A DNA stretch of 64,000 bases from Eimeria praecox (GCA_963920595.1 OY986946.1:1860001-1924000); one strand, 5' to 3'. Counted from the first letter of the stretch, positions 26,501-41,649 are shown. The notes: generated from the sequence alone by a model not told the origin. Translations and numbers: made by a program.

Positions 26501-28606
26501 TCAAGGGCACGTTCCTGAAAGGTTAACCACTTACAAAGCAACAATATCGGTGTATCAAGAACAACAGCTAGATTGACCTAGAAATGCCCACTCTATGGTA
26601 AGTTCGCGCATCAATAAGCCTAATTATTTGATCGCTCCGAGGCTAGCGTGGAACGTGCTCCTTCCCTCCGCTCCAAACACGGGAACCTTCTTGCTTTGTC
26701 ATAATGCAAGTGAACCAAGCCACATCAGGCGGGGAATAAAACTCACCATAGTAGATTGCAGATATTCCCACACTTCCTTATTGCGCTCTGCCAGTGCATC
26801 TATCTTGTGGGCCTCTGCTGTGGCTCCCTCCTCCAGTAGTTGCAGGCGGGGATTCACGGTGCCAGCAAGAACTGCATCTACATCTGGTACTAACATTTTG
26901 AATTCCTCCTTCACACGCTCTATCTCCGAGGCCCATCGAGCTTGGTAAAGCCATCGGCGGAAGGAGCTACGAACCTGTGTGAACATTCGAGCACTAGTGA
27001 ACTACCAGCTAACGGTCAACGAATACGAAGTGCTGCTTTCATCCACACACCACTGTCATGGGTTCATGGTATGGCCAGAACTCTCCCATTAGAGCCAAAA
27101 GTGTAAGAAGTTTCTGACTTTACGCACTGTGCTATAAATGCGATTGGCTAGCAACGAAAGTCCAAACTTTCTCCTGCTTGCCAGCCACGCTTGCTCCCTC
27201 CATCTGAGCAACGGAGTCCCACCCGATGAATTCTCGTTAAATAAGAGTTTACATGTTCGCAAATGATGGGCACATGATTTTCAGGGCGGTTCGGTATTTG
27301 TTGCAAGATGAAGGCCCCTACAGCCTGCAAAAAGATGCTGGTAAAGCTCTCCATTCTCTTCAAGTGTCATTATGCTTGCAATCGCCCAACCTGAGCAGCA
27401 CGGATCGCTTCACATCCTTCTGCCTGTTCGTTTCAGTTGCTTTTGCTAGTATATCCAAGCAGTAGCTTATCCGCAGATTCATCCTTTTCTCCACTTTCCC
27501 GCTGAGTGCTTGAATATCGCTTTGATATTTCTGCAACTCTGCAGTGGATATGGCTTCAAGGGAATGCTCAACGCCCTTCCAAAGGCTCTCGTATTTATTT
27601 TCGACGGAATTTTCAAGCTGTTCTTGACGTCGCTCGACCTAGGTTATTTGTCTCACGCAGTGGCAGACAAATACTTGCTCTACGTGAGAACATAGATTCG
27701 CTTTGTAAGACAATCCACAGCCCAAAGGAGGCTGTGCTTGGCACACCTGTCTATTAGTTCGGGCCACTGGCGTAAGCAGCGCTCTACTATATTCTCACCT
27801 CAGTACATCGCGCTTCTGCTGCCTGGCACTGAACGGCGGCTGCTGCCTGACAGGCCTTAAGGGACCCGAATTCGGGCAAAATCCCTTTAAATTGGTCGTC
27901 TAGATTGCTCTGCTTATTTTCTACATCCACCACCCTCCCTTGCAGACTGCTAGCAGCAGCTTCGTGACTTTTGATCTGACATCACAGTCAAAATTGTTGC
28001 AAATAGCCTGCTCTGCTGAAACCTGTGTTGTCGGGAAAAGAGCAATCCGGAAGAGTCTAGTCTCAGAAGCACTTCAAATACCACGCAATCCTGGCTTTAA
28101 TCCAAGGAAGGATAACTGGGTTTGCGCAAACCTATAATGCATCGTTCGGTCCCCACAGCCATTCCAGCTGAGGAATAAAATGTAGGTGCTGAGGAAAGTA
28201 GCATTCCACCTCTTATTGACTGCATGGAGGTTTTGTACACGTCAACGTTTATATGGTGGGCTGACCTCACTTTCGAATCAAGCATAGAGATCTGCGACTC
28301 AAATGATTTCATCTCGCTGTGAGCGTTGTCATATCTTTCCATCTTCTCTCTAATCCGAAGCTTATCCAGTTCTTCAAGCCTTTCCGACAGCCTTTCAGTG
28401 TCATTCTGCAGCTTTTGCAGAGTTTGTTGCTGTTCTTTCAAGCCTTGCTCTCCACTAGCAAGTTTCTTGAGCAATTCTTCGAATGCAGATGCCAAATCAT
28501 CTTGGCGTTTTTGAATAGCCTCTTGCGAACGAAGCAGTTGAGCCAAAAACTCTTGAAGCCTCGCCGTTTCTATGTGAAGCCCGAAGTCCAAGCCCGAGGT
28601 ACCCAT
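23584..28606 (-). CDS. Multi-exon (>10 exons) long coiled-coil protein of unknown function
   Basis: Exon-like heptad segments bounded by GT/AG: MGTSGLDFGLHIETARLQEFLAQLL..., VERRQEQLENSVENKYESLW..., RWASEIERVKEEFKML..., MKDILLIWTAVKQLDAAKADRKELE..., LDDRIAALHAEINESK..., and a probable last exon DRLVGKLGKDLSPWEFDKIL... ending at 23584. The 3' end is uncertain. Confidence 0.6.
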
Positions 28607-30044
28607 TTCTGCATTGCTTCTTCTGAATTCTTGAGTTGATGGGCTCGGGTTACTTCTTTATGCGGCAGGGTTCTTTTTTGTCAGAGTGTTGCTACCACAG
28701 TGCAGCTCTAGGTTGTCAGTCATAGAGCGAAATTAGTTGAAAGTAGCATGCAAACATGGAAAAATGCCTACTGGACAGATTCGTAGCCTCATACTAGGGG
28801 AAGGTAACAGAAGCTATGGGTGGGCGAGCGCAGAGCATATGGGAGCGTAGCACTGGCGACACGTCTTCTGAAGCTCCGTGGTCGTTTGCATGACAATGCA
28901 ATACAGAATATGCCAGTAGAAGTGAATTTTATAAAGGACCCCCAAATTGAAATTCAAATTCATTGAAATGCTTCATTTCAATCTATCATTACACAGGTTG
29001 CTAGCTGCCGTAGCTTTGTAACACGGGGCTGCCCATCAGATGCATGCATGCGTCAGGATCACGGATTACGGGGCTGGCATGGTGGCGTGCATGCGCTTGT
29101 GAAGCTGCCTCTGCTAATCGACAAAAGAGATGCCAGTGAACATTTTTAGAGAAACCGTAGCCTCCATACCGTAAGGAAATGCGTATGAGCCAAGTGATTC
29201 ACGCGAATACCTACGACAATTCTAAAGACTAAAATTGGGACGGAACGTTGAGCTGAAGTTGCCTTTATGTGCTTGCACTGGGTAATGTTTTAGAGCATGC
29301 TCAGGTATAAATAGCCCGGATATTTGGGCAAAATTTAAAGGGTAAGCGGCCCGCTCTTCGTCACGCTTTCTGTTCTTACGAATCCCTCCCTGCAGCTTGG
29401 CTCATCGAACCATTCACTATCCTCGCCCGCCTTGTCTCAATCTGAAAAAGCCCGCACGAATGAAGCTTGGTCGGCGCATTCATTATTGTGCTGAACACAT
29501 TGCAGCAACCTGTAGCCGAAGGACCATCACAACAGCTTTTCGTGGTGAATCTGCAAAACCACCTAAGGAAACCCATGGCCAGTTCGCACACCTTAAAATA
29601 GAACTAGATGATTGGATTCGCTGTAAACGTCAATCCCCAGCTACCTTGAATGCTCCACTGAGTATTTACGAATTAGGCAGCACTTGCTTACTGATCGTGT
29701 GCCATGTGTAACCGTAAAAGCCTATGTAGCTATATATGCCAACAATACAGGCAACCAGGGCTTGCTTCCTGTCCCCACTATTTTAGGTAGCAGATTGGGG
29801 CATCTTCAGCGGGAAGAAATCTTCTTTGGCCTATAGTACGTCCTTTCCCTGCTTCATTATGCATTAATTTATTTCCCTTTAAGGGGAATGAAGTGTTTGA
29901 AAATGGAACGGTAGGATGTGCATCTACCCACAGAGCATCTGCAGCCTATCTTCGTCGACTGCGGAGTCGGAGACGACATGAGAATTAGAGGGGGCTTTCA
30001 TTGAATCCCTTTGAAGAAGAAATATCTTTCTCCCTTAGTGTACG

Positions 30045-32718
30045 ATGGAGAACAAACAAGCAGAAGAATTGCATCTTTCTGCCGTCATCGGCATAAACGG
30101 GACCTCCAAGAGGTGTGTTGTCATGCATCCTGACAACCAGCGGCTTATATTTGCCCTTGGGTACTCAGTCGTTGTCCGGGACCTCAAATGTAGCGCAGAA
30201 ACGTTCCTGTGCGGGCACGACAACCGAGTCACCTGCATCGCCGTAAGCAGGGACGGGAAATATCTTGCCAGCGGGCAGATGACGCACCCAGGTTTTGTGG
30301 CGGATATCATTATTTGGAGTCTCGAAGAGTTAGTAGAGCTAGGAAGACTCAGGTGGGGATCTCGCATTGCACATATTTAATCCCAATTATCAAGCAGGTA
30401 GAGTGAACCCATGCCTTTGGCTGCTGTTATCAGCGTTTGTTGCTGGAACTCAGCTTTCATAAGGTCTCAGTTGAGTGCCTTGACTTCTCCTGTGACGGGA
30501 AGTTCCTGGCCAGTTTGGGTGGGGAGAGCTGTAACACCCTGGTGTTGTGGAGCGTTGAGGAGAGAAAAGCCCTTTGCGGAACAGCAGCTGCCCTAGACAC
30601 GTCGAAGTTCTTGGCATTTTACAACAATTCCCCAAACATGCTTGTCTCTGGTCTGTCCCTAGTAAGCTCTGAACGCATACTGCTGTCATTCAGGAAGCTC
30701 TGTCCACGTGCTCACAAACAAATGCGTTGGTGATCTCTTTTTATATTCAGCTGGAGCCTCCCATGTTCGCATTTGGGAGATTGACGCTGCTACAAAGAAA
30801 ATGACACCACGAGATTGCAACCTTGGGAAACTCCGCAGAACTTGCAACTCCCTTGTCATACACCCCGCTGATGAGTTTGTTTACTGCGGGACTCATTCTG
30901 GTAAGTGTCCGTCTCCAAAAGATTGCGGAACAGCTTAGCAAGCAACACGCTGCGTAGGTGGAACCCTACGATTCCACTGGCTTCGTTGGCATTCGAGGGA
31001 AAGACTGGTCCTGAGCAAATAAATGACCAATTGTGAAGCTCTTGCAGAACTTTCGATGCCTCTACAGGTGTCGGCGAGTTCATCTGCTAGACGCTCATTT
31101 GCTTTTCATGCCCTCTCATTTCAGGGGACATTCTAGAAATATCACTGCGAACTGGGTTATTTAAGAGGAGTGGGCCCCCCAAGAGGCAGCTGGAGGCAGG
31201 CGTTACTGCAATGGCTCTCGTACGCAGCCAACTCTTTGCAGGCACTGAAGATGGCCAGTTGCTTCGCCTGGGGACAGATACGCTGTCACCAGCCAGCTTA
31301 TGCCAGGTTTCTGGGGCGATTACCTCTCTAGTTGCTGCTCCTGACAGTTCCATGCTCTGGGTTGCCACGTCAGCAAACAATCTCTACAGAATCGATTGCC
31401 GAACGCTTACTCCTCATCTCAAGCACTCAGCGCACATTGGAAGCATTAATCAAGTGGCGTTTCCGGAGAACTGCTCTCAAATCCTTGCCACTTGCTCAGC
31501 TTCAGACGTGAGAATATGGGATACGAAGGCCTACAAAGAAATCTTAAGGATTGAGCTTCCCGGTGTAGAGTGTTTGTGCGTGGCTTTCGCTCCGGATGGT
31601 TCCTCAATAATATCCGGTTGGAAAGATGGAAGAATCCGGGCATTTACCCCAGAAACAGGAAACCTGCTCTTTTGCATTGAGCAAGCACATAAGGATGGAG
31701 TCACAGCAGTTGCAGCCACCCGAGTGGGCAGGCGATTGGTATCAGGTGGTCTCTCAGGCCAGTTTAGGGTGTGGGATGTTCACAGTAAATCTCAGGAGAT
31801 GCTGGCTAGCAAGAAGGAGCACAGAGGAAGGATATGTAGCTTGCGACTCCGTCAAAACGATATGCACGTAAGCTTGTCCAGGGTGCTAAAAGCATCAGAT
31901 AGAATGCAACGGCGGCGAACAAAGTTTAAGGACGCCGGCACCATCATGTACTCACGTTTTTCTTACTGTCCAGGTGACATGTCAATTCAGGCGCTCACAG
32001 CTGCTGAGGACGGCACAATAATTGTGTGGGATATGGCCACATACACTTCTATTCTGTCAATCAATGAGAGCACTATCTTCCGAGTGAGCTTCAAGCAATT
32101 GAAATTTCAACCATGCAGTGGAGGCAGAGTAGTGCTAAGCCACAAAACCTTTGCACGCAAGCCATAAGTGCCTTGCCCGCCCCCTCCTGTTCTCTGCAAC
32201 TGAATGCGCGAACAACTGGCAGAGTGCGACGTACTGTGCCGATGAAGTTCACATCGTGGCAACAGGCAGCGATCGGAAGGTGCACTACTTCGATGCCTTA
32301 GATGGCACAAAAATCAGGGAATTCGAGGTCGCAGAAGAAGGAGACGTTCATTGCATTACCTACCATCCGAAAGCCAATTTAGTCTGTACCGGTCAGCCTA
32401 AGGCCATCCAGGCCATACTACCGGTAGATCTTTTCAAATACGTGGAACTCCAGCGAGCTGCAAGCGAAATGGAGTTCCGAACCCGATGGAATGCTTGTTT
32501 CTCGTCTGTTTGCAGGGGGCGATGATCGCTTCCTTCGACTGTGGGAATACGAGTCCGGCGACTGCACCGCGCAAGCCCGGTGGCATGCCGATACTGTGCG
32601 GTGCGCCTGCTTTAGCCCTGACGGCAGTGTCCTTGTATCTGGTGGTGACAGTGGGGTCATCCACTTCTGGCAAATAACTGAGCAGCTTCGTTTACGGAAG
32701 AATGCGGAGGAGTCGTAG
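30045..32718 (+). CDS. CFAP52: Cilia- and flagella-associated WD40 protein 52 (WDR16), 7 exons
   Basis: LHLSAVIGING...HPD...FLCGHDNRVTCIAVSRDGKYLASGQMTHPGFVADIIIW and CSASDVRIW...SGWKDGRIRAFTPETG are characteristic of CFAP52/WDR16. Exons are about 30045-30352, 30454-30650, 30751-30900, 31125-31867, 31990-32083, 32223-32391 and 32516-32718. Confidence 0.9.
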
Positions 32719-35399
32719 GTGAAAGATATATTAGCATAACTGCTGCGCACGGGATTCTTGAGGTTGAGATTGGATATATCCTAGTCTGCCCGAAACTCGA
32801 GCCTGGTTCCCTTTTACTTGTCAGTTATTGAACCATTTTTTGTTGCAAAGCCTTTGTAGTTGCTTGCAAAGCAAATCTAAAGTAATGAGGCTAGGCTAGG
32901 GACAGGGTTTAGCTTCACGCTACGGCGAAGCACATGGCTTCTGCTGTCCTTATTTCGTTCAAAGTTGGGCCAAAATGAACCCGACTTTACCTACGCCTCA
33001 CACCTACTGCTTACCGGAATCAAGCATCATATTGAGCTAGCCGCCTTCCCGGAGAAAGGCATGCTAAGGTGCACAGTGCAACGTGCAACGTGTGAGCCTG
33101 AAGCTTTCGAGCATGTTCACTTTTCCGATCATCCCGCAAAGTAGGAGAGAGAGAATTTTTGGTGTTGCACTGCGACAACAGGTAACAGCCTAGGGAAATC
33201 CTAGTATGCACCATGCTTATAACCACCAGAAACAGTGATTTGTTCTTTGTATCCAATACAGTGGTATAGGCTATTGCCTAGTCCATGACAAGATTGGTGG
33301 CGTGTCCAGGGCTTGCGCCAGGCCTCATTTTCGCCCACAAAAGACAAGGACTGGAGCACTTTCCTGAATCGTGAGGCTGAGAAGCTTCTCTGGGTCCTAG
33401 CATCGAACATCCCATTTGCTGGGAGATCTGCGGTGTTCGGCAAAACAACGAGCGCGAACCCAACAATTATATTTCAGTCCACATCTTGGTAAATTCGCAG
33501 CCTTATTATTCCAGACTTCCATGCAAAGCTGCAAAAGAGGAAAAAGACCAAAACATGTACTTTTTGGTCTTTGCTCACATGACTCATGCATTCAGTCCGG
33601 TGCAGGCAGCAGTGTCAGCGGTACGCTGGGTGGCGCTCGGTGGTGCGTTCCCATGGTCTGAGTGATCGTTGTTGCTTTCCAGGAATTGCGGGAGAACTTT
33701 TAGTCGGGTGCTTGACTGCTCTGTTCCTTTCACTGGCTGGAGTTGCTTTTGGTAGCATGCCGTGCTCGACTGTCCAAAAAAAAGATAAGCATCTTAAGGT
33801 CACTTGGCCAACACGCATGCCACTGCTTCCTAGTCCACTGCTTGACATTTCGTAAAGGAATTTAAACTCTCCGTCGCATAACAGAGTAGGCGTTGGGGTG
33901 TTTATTATATACCGCGAGAAGGCGATTAGACACCCGCAACATGGACTGGCGAGCACAGGAGCATTGGAATGCCACAGTCGAACATAGCAGGCGTGAGGAA
34001 TCCTCCGGAATTTGTAGGCTTCTAAGACTTGATGGCTTCGAAACTAGGGGATCCGTAGTACTGGAAGTTGATAAGGACCCGAAAACGTGGCTTGCCTGTA
34101 GGAAGCAAAGTGTAGACTGCAACGAGGGTCGCAGACCTTACTGGAGGGCCCCAGCAAGCTGCAACGAAGTCGAAAAACTTGAAGAATGCCTCCTAAAAAG
34201 GTGCTGATCACCTTGCCAGTCTATGGAAGTCATCAGAGCAGCAGCGTAAAGGCGCTGGCCTACTGCGAAGAGGAGGTGGCCTGTCATGCCGCGTTTCAGC
34301 GCATCTTGCTGTGACTCTTGTCGCAAGACAGCCCCACACCCAAGGGGTACGTGGTGCTCTTGCAGCACGTACCGAACACTAGTGCTGAAAAACCTCACTT
34401 TGTTCATCGGAACCCACCTGCATGCACAAGGCAGATGCACGTTTCCGCTTCAGAGGCGCCCTATCCCATGCTACACACATCTCCCTCTCGCTTCCCAAGC
34501 AACAGACGCCGTCGCGCCTAGCCTATCAGCCAGCGATGGGCGCATCGAGGGGAGGAAGGGAAGGACTGGGAGGGAGTAGCACTTCTACCAACAAAGAAAA
34601 GGAAAGGTTGGATGTGCATAGGTGATGCTTGTCGGATGATGCTGAGCACATTTGCTCCTGCTGCAGCCGGTCGGACGGGGAGGCACACCCACGCAGTTGC
34701 ATGAACCACTGGTATCCTGATTGATGCGCGTCTGGGTTGGGAGTTGCTTTTTCAAATTTCCATCAAAGCTTGAACATACATATACACACGCGAGGTGGGT
34801 GGTCGCCCAACCCCGAACAGGAGGGATCTCACACAATGTGGGGAAGAAATGAAAGTCTCGTCGGCGACGGGCCCGAGTTATCTATAGAATGAGGGAGGCA
34901 GGATGACTACAGAGGGAAGAGATTTAGCCCCGGGGAACACATAGACAGGAAAACATTGACCCCTCTCAGCATGCGACAGCCCAACCGTCTTCAGAAAGGT
35001 TGTACGCGGCCCAAAACTGCGTGGCCCTGTATATGCCCACGCTTGTAGTAGCCAGAACTGAATCAAAGGGGACACGCAGCTACTCTTAAGGCCTTGCTGC
35101 TCTTAAGCAATCCTCGCAAGCCTAGTCAGACCTTCGGTCTCCTTACCATAGCGTGTAATGCTCTTGTTTTTTCTGGCCTCAGTGCGTTGTTACCCTTATG
35201 CCCACGATCTCAGCCTCCTCCGGCTGTTCCTTCTAGCAGTGACATCGCCGATGATTTGTGGGGACAGTTTTGAGGAAATTTCAGCTATTCCGTGAAGTTC
35301 CTTAGATAAATGCTACCAATTGTATGGCGGCATCTCTTTGTTACGCCCTAGCCTATAATTTATGCCAGCCCGCTGACCCGAGAATGAAGACCAGACGAC

Positions 35400-35402
<3 letters not shown>

Positions 35403-35481
<79 letters not shown>
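35403..35481. repeat. (TA)n microsatellite
   Basis: Read directly. Confidence 0.97.
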
Positions 35482-35485
<4 letters not shown>

Positions 35486-38400
35486 CAAACCGAGAATTTC
35501 TTTGATTTCTCACATTCTTGCCCTCTTAGTTGATTGTGCTTATTCACGAAAGCCAGCTCATTGGGGTGAATGTGGCTGCGGAACGTCTTTTGTCCCCGTT
35601 CGTCATAATTTCTTGCCTGGTGCTCCTGTGCTTTTGTCGTGCATTCCCGAGCGGTTGCAAGCTACGAAATTCTGCAGCTGCTAGCATAGGGCCCAGTGTA
35701 TCCAGCATCGGATCGGACAACGGCGTTATGGTGTAGGACAGAGGGGCTGGAGAGCAAGGAATCGAAGTCTGCACCGTTGTATTAAAACCTCACCCATGAT
35801 GATCTGATAGGCACTGTTGGGTTTCGAGTCCTACATACTGCGAAAGAGAGCTGTAGGTGCGGTCAGGCTGATCATATCCTCCCGGCAGGGGTTATGCTGC
35901 GTTGGCTTTGAGCGAGTTGATGAATTGGCGCCAGAGTAGGCTAGCGGAACTCTAGTCCTTACAAGGGTTATTGTTTTCTGAGGGGCGTGGAGCTTCCAGG
36001 CATGATTAGTGAGTGACAAAATCATACCCCCTGCTTGAACTGAAAAGGAGCAGGGAGCAAACTGGGCAATTTTGTTGACTCTGTCCATGCCAAAGTAAGT
36101 GTTAAAGCAGGCTTTATGATCGCGAATCGACTTTGAAACGCCTGAAATGCCTAAACATATCAGTCCAGATCTGTTTGGGACTCGAAAGACTCTGCGAAAA
36201 TCCGGGTTTGCAAGTGCCTTCTCTGCTGTAGCTGCTGACAGTCCGGAAATGCGAAAACAGACTACTCGGCTGCGATGCTCGTCCTAGGCAACCACAAGGA
36301 ACTGCCCACAGCTTCAGTTGTGTTGACCGCATTGATGGGATAAATCGTGGGTGTATATTTTGCACAAACGCTTTGTAGTAAATGTGCCAGGGAAGTATAA
36401 CCGGCGTAGTCTACGCTTCCTCTGATAACACAAGGGGTAGCATCCTATGGTGCTGGGCTTAACCGTTCGCCGTTTGCTGAGCTTGGCGCAAAGCGCAGCG
36501 GCGTGCGTCTCTGACATGTAAGAAGAATGCTATTTAAACAAGAAACAGGAACTGATTAAAGTAGGCTCAGCTAAGGCACTCAGTGCCCAACCTGTATGGC
36601 TTCGGGGGAGGGTGTTGGCGACCCCGCTGGTGAAACACGTGACATAATTGATTCTGTTGCATTTCTGTAGCTTTACTGCGTGAGCTGGGAAAGCCACCCA
36701 ACAACTATTTCGTTGCCCGATTCTCTAAAATTCTCTGTTAATTGTGCCGAGCAGTGATGGTTTGTTTGACCAGTGAAGTGCCACCAGCTTCTTCTGTGCA
36801 GGCGCTTCTCTACCCCTGCCGGGCCTCGAATTTCTGTCGCATCGGATGCTTGTTCTCTCCTTCTTTGGAATGTTACTAATGCTCTTCCGAGTCCTCGGTA
36901 TCCTGAGATGCCATCATCCAAACCACTGTGCCATAGATTTTGTTGTCAGAAAGAAAGGCTTGTCGAAATGACCGAACGCAGACACTAAAGATAGGGCCAA
37001 GTGTGTGGTGGCGGTTTATTCTCCTATATATGCTCACGTAACATTGCTGTTGTTGCCTTTCTTGGGCCCTTATGTAGATCATTTAGGAGGCCGACGATGT
37101 ACGCAAAGGCACGAATGAACTGAGAGTACCTGTAGCCTGGTTTGGACGCCAATTCGAGTGTAAAATCGTATCGGCTAAAGTGGCTGACCAGTGGTCAGTG
37201 ACCATTGCAGCCACCGGTCGCAGTTCCATCTATCCTCGACGAATCTGTCTCAACTCCTGCTGCAGAGCCATGGAGGTCTTAGGACCTAATTCCTTGCATG
37301 CGAAACGAACGGTTTGGGGCTTCGAGGAGCCAGTGCTTCCTATGTGGCATTTGCAGCGCATGGCGCAGGGTTCCAGAAGCTGCTGCCCATGCTGGATAAA
37401 CTCCAGCAGCTTGTCCATCTAACTGCTTTGCCCTCGTCAGCTCGGCCAAATAAGCCTTGTTGTATCCGTGGCTGCACCTCTGCAACCGCTTCAACAAGTC
37501 CAACGGGCCTGTGCATATACTGTAATTTGCGGGTACTGGTGTGCAGTGGAGTCTTGTGCCTGCTGTCGGGCAACGTTTGAATCGGCAAGAACCAGCCCAT
37601 GAAGTCAAATGATAATAGAATGTTCAACCCGGCAATCGGTGAAGCAACGCTGTATCAGGAACACCAAAGACTTCTAGTTCGCTGGGATATAGTGGAGCGG
37701 CTGAACTCAGCGTTCTTGCTCCACACCCAGTCATTTTTTCTGCACCAGCACAGGATTGTGTCCGCGTTGATGGACTGATGAGCTTTGGCCTCTTCTAGCA
37801 TTTCGTTTGCCATCCCTTCAACTTAATTGTTCAAGATGAAGGGTTACTTATACCACGGAGCAGTGCCTGGGGCTTCGCCTGGATTGACTTCCATGCGGTG
37901 CATTGAATGTCCAGCGGGCAGAAAGCCCGTTGGGGGGTTCTTGCCAGTTGACGCGGCTAAGTTCTTCCTCCACCTCCTCCAACTTCTTCCGTTCCTCGTG
38001 TGTGAAGTGGATCGAAACCCCCAAATCTAGGGTCTTCAGGGAACCATGATGGAGCGCATGTATCTAGTTGTCCCCTTCGGTCGCTCCTCTGCATTGCGTT
38101 GGTGCCTCCTCTCTCCATTTTGCGTGGGACACTGACTTCATTCATCTATCCGTAGGGGTTGCAAATAATGCTGGAAGAGCTGAAAGACGGACTCTACCAT
38201 GTGTTCGCTGCACAGTTCCATGGCGGCTTCTGAGAGCTGCATGGGAACTTTCTAAGGAATCAAGCGCGTCGTACATGGGACTATATAGTGAATTGGTTTA
38301 GCGTAAAATGTAAAAGTTCTCTATCAAGCGAGCATAGGCCAGCCCATTTCCGAATTAGTTCCGCAATTAAGTCCCATCATTTTGCAAATCTTCGTTTCTT

Positions 38401-41400
38401 CTGAGCCATCGAGGGGGCATGAGTAGCAAGAACTGTGCCACTGAGTGAACAAATAGGTTGTGCTTGCTCGTCATCGCTTCAGTTATCAGATCCAGTACCG
38501 TGTCTCTGCCAACCAGTTCTACCAACTTCTGGCAATAAATGCGGGCTTGGGGAGGCACGCAGTTGACCCTAGATGGATCTGGCAGCGCCGGTGTCACCTC
38601 GCGTCCGTCACTGCACTACACGTTGCATGCGAGGCAGGCTATTTTCCTTATCTTCGCGGCAATTCCTCTGGTGGCTCTGATAAACGTCGTGCTCCTCCGG
38701 TTTCGTCCCTGCTACCGCGCTGCTGCATTCTCGCATTGTGTGACCCTGCTCCAGAAGAAGCGGTGAGTTGTTTCGCACATCACCACAGCCAGTTCTCTTG
38801 GCGCCATCTATTATCGCTTCATAATTTCCCGTGGGGGGCGTGGCACTAAAAGTGAAAATATTCATAGGCCTAGTGCCCTTGTCCTTTCCAAATTCCCTTT
38901 CTTCCTTCGGAGCTAGGGAGGTTGGGAGCGCCTTTTTTTAAGGCATAACTGCTCCATCACCTCGACCAGTTCCTGTCTTTCACCCTTTATTCCACTCGGC
39001 CCACTAAGGTAGATGCTGCCTTTCTCCGGGGGCCAGACCCCTGCTCTGAGCCGTCGATGCAAAAGCAGTGAGTCCACCTCGGGTTATCCGCCCACAAATG
39101 ACTCACACATCGCGCATGGCACTCTGTCGAAATTCCCTTTTGTCAAGTTTTCTTATTTCCGTCATTACCTCTGGGCATGCACCCGCATGGCAGCGCATAT
39201 TGGAAAGCTTCCATGGTCTGGAGGCGATTACTGAAAATGAGGCGTCCTTGCTCAGATATAGCAGGCACTGCCATGCAAATCTGAGATTAAAGAAGGCTTC
39301 AATAGCAACGGTAAGCCGTTCGGTGCATCTGACTTGTCTTAAAAACGCTCCTGACTAGATGAAACTGCTATTTTATGCTGCACGTGCGCACAAAGGAATC
39401 CCTTATCCACGTGTTACGGCCCCCCCTCTTATCTGCAGGCCCGGCAAAGGCGGAGACACAAGTCATATGCCCTCTTGTGTGCAGAGGCATTTTTCGCTGG
39501 ATATCATGCTGCCCTTGTTGCAAATTTGCAACTCGACAGAGAATCCAATCCGGTGGCCCTCTCCCCACAGCAGGGCATGTCCTGATCAATCTCCACTGCG
39601 TTGGAGCAGAACGGGCTGCATTTTAGGGGCGAAAGACGTCGGAAACATTTGCCCTCCTTCTCCGCACGATGTCTTTTCAACTAATCAATACCATACACAA
39701 GGCTAGCCAACGGTGAAGGTGTTGGCCGCTCCACTCTACCCCGATCGGCTAGGCGGTGCTGCCAAAAGTTCTCAATCTTAGCCGAAAATCGCCATGAAAT
39801 GCAAAAGAGACAATGCACGCAAGAGGAGAGCCTTCAAAACCAAGGTAACTTTCCTTCCAACCTTTACGAGTCCTGGACAAAGTGGCACAACACCCTGGTG
39901 TTGATGCGTGTAGTACCCAGCTCGCACCCCGCCGCTCCTACTTAGACTCTCTGATCAAGCTGATTCGTACACGTAATGCAATGCCACCTAAATCCTGTTC
40001 TTCCTCCCAGAATAACCCAAACTGATATTAGAAGCCAATTCACAATTCCCGGGTGCTCACAATAATTGAAAGATAGCCGAAGTAGTTCTGCGATGCCCTG
40101 ACCCCTGAAAGTGGGTCGGTGCCTCAGCATTCTATCCAGTCCCATGGCCGCAAGTCTCGTAGCCAGTTTGCCCTATTTCATATGTAAATGCTCTAAATTG
40201 TCAATAAGAATATGTCATATGACTTCCCTTCCAGGCATAGACCGGTAGAGGTTTCACAGGGTAAACCATTGTAGTTTCTGTGCACTACAGTGTGGATAAG
40301 AGGCCTGCCATGTCCTGCGGCACTTTTTCCTGCAACGCGTTGTGAAACGCAACCCCACATGCAATCCCATGCACTAGCTAATCTTGTATATTTCCTGTTG
40401 TCGCTTGGTCCAAACATAACAACTGTCTCCCGCGTGTAGTGCACGAGCACTACAGTGGGCTCTCCGCTGAGTCTCTGACGAGGGAATTCATCATAAAGCG
40501 CATTTTAAAACATTTGGGATATAATAGAGAGCTATTATAGTCGAATGGACAACCTGTGTCTACAGCCTTTACGATGTGGGGCTTTTGGTCCCGCAACGCT
40601 TGCTTCTAAGGGGGTGAGGCGCGCCGTCCTACCTTCCTTTGACGATAGGCAAACGTTTTAGGAGACATGTTTTAAGGAAAGACTGCTTAGCAACGGGCTT
40701 TGGACTTTGAATAGTCAGAGTTTGGTATTTAAAGGTTTTTAGCAAGGTATTACCAGAGATATTAGTTAGATAAGTAGTGTGCACCTTAGTTGCGCAAGCC
40801 AGAGTTTCACGTAGTGTCAGCTGAGAGAATAGTCAGTTCACTACAAGAGGCCTGCAAGATAGAAGCAGTCAGGACTAATGTGGCTCAGATCTAAGAAGCA
40901 TTTGCTCACTACCCTGGACTTGTAAATGCTTTGTAAACAGGCAGCTTGGAGGACCGCCAAGGCCACTAGGCCCCATATATGGTATGGCCCTCAAAGTTTG
41001 GAATTTGGTGCGATTGTTGCATGATTTGAACACTCCAGTGTCGCAGCAGAGTCACCCTGCCGTAAAAATCTGCTCGAAGCTACATTTTGGGAAGCATAAC
41101 TCACCACCCCATAACTCACCACCCCATGGAGTTGCATGCAAGGAGCTCTCAAAAAGTGCATGCTGCTATCTTTCAACCTCTTACGCCTGATCAAGTTTGC
41201 TTTTCACTCCAACCCTGGGAATATCAATGATCAGAATCCGAAGAATTATGCATGCATGCTTTCCTTCCAAAGTGCCGGGATACCTAGGGTCAGTGCACGG
41301 TAAAGGCACATAACCGCGGCGCGTTTCTTGAATGAGCGTATTCGGTGCTCGGGGTTCCAATGACCAATGACCCTCCGAGGAGTTCCTGAGCCTCTGGGTC

Positions 41401-41649
41401 AAACAACCGAACGGCGCTCGTACTGCCGACGTGGTGCCCTATTGAAGACGGATTACGTTCGCTGCAAGAGTTTGATCACGCAAGCACCTAGTTGAACTCA
41501 GCATTTGAGCCTTGATCTACTGGTCCTTAAATCATTACGTCAGTACAGCATTTGGGGGGGATGCGTCACAAGCCTTTCATTGAGTAGCAAGCCGTGTTAG
41601 GCTCCCTGATCCTACATTTTTTGCACACACTTTGAGCAATTCAAGAAAA

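Noticed and set aside
21993..41132. Isolated 10-25 bp direct duplications (about 21993, 25829 and 41095)
   Set aside because: Ordinary slippage duplications with no associated element.
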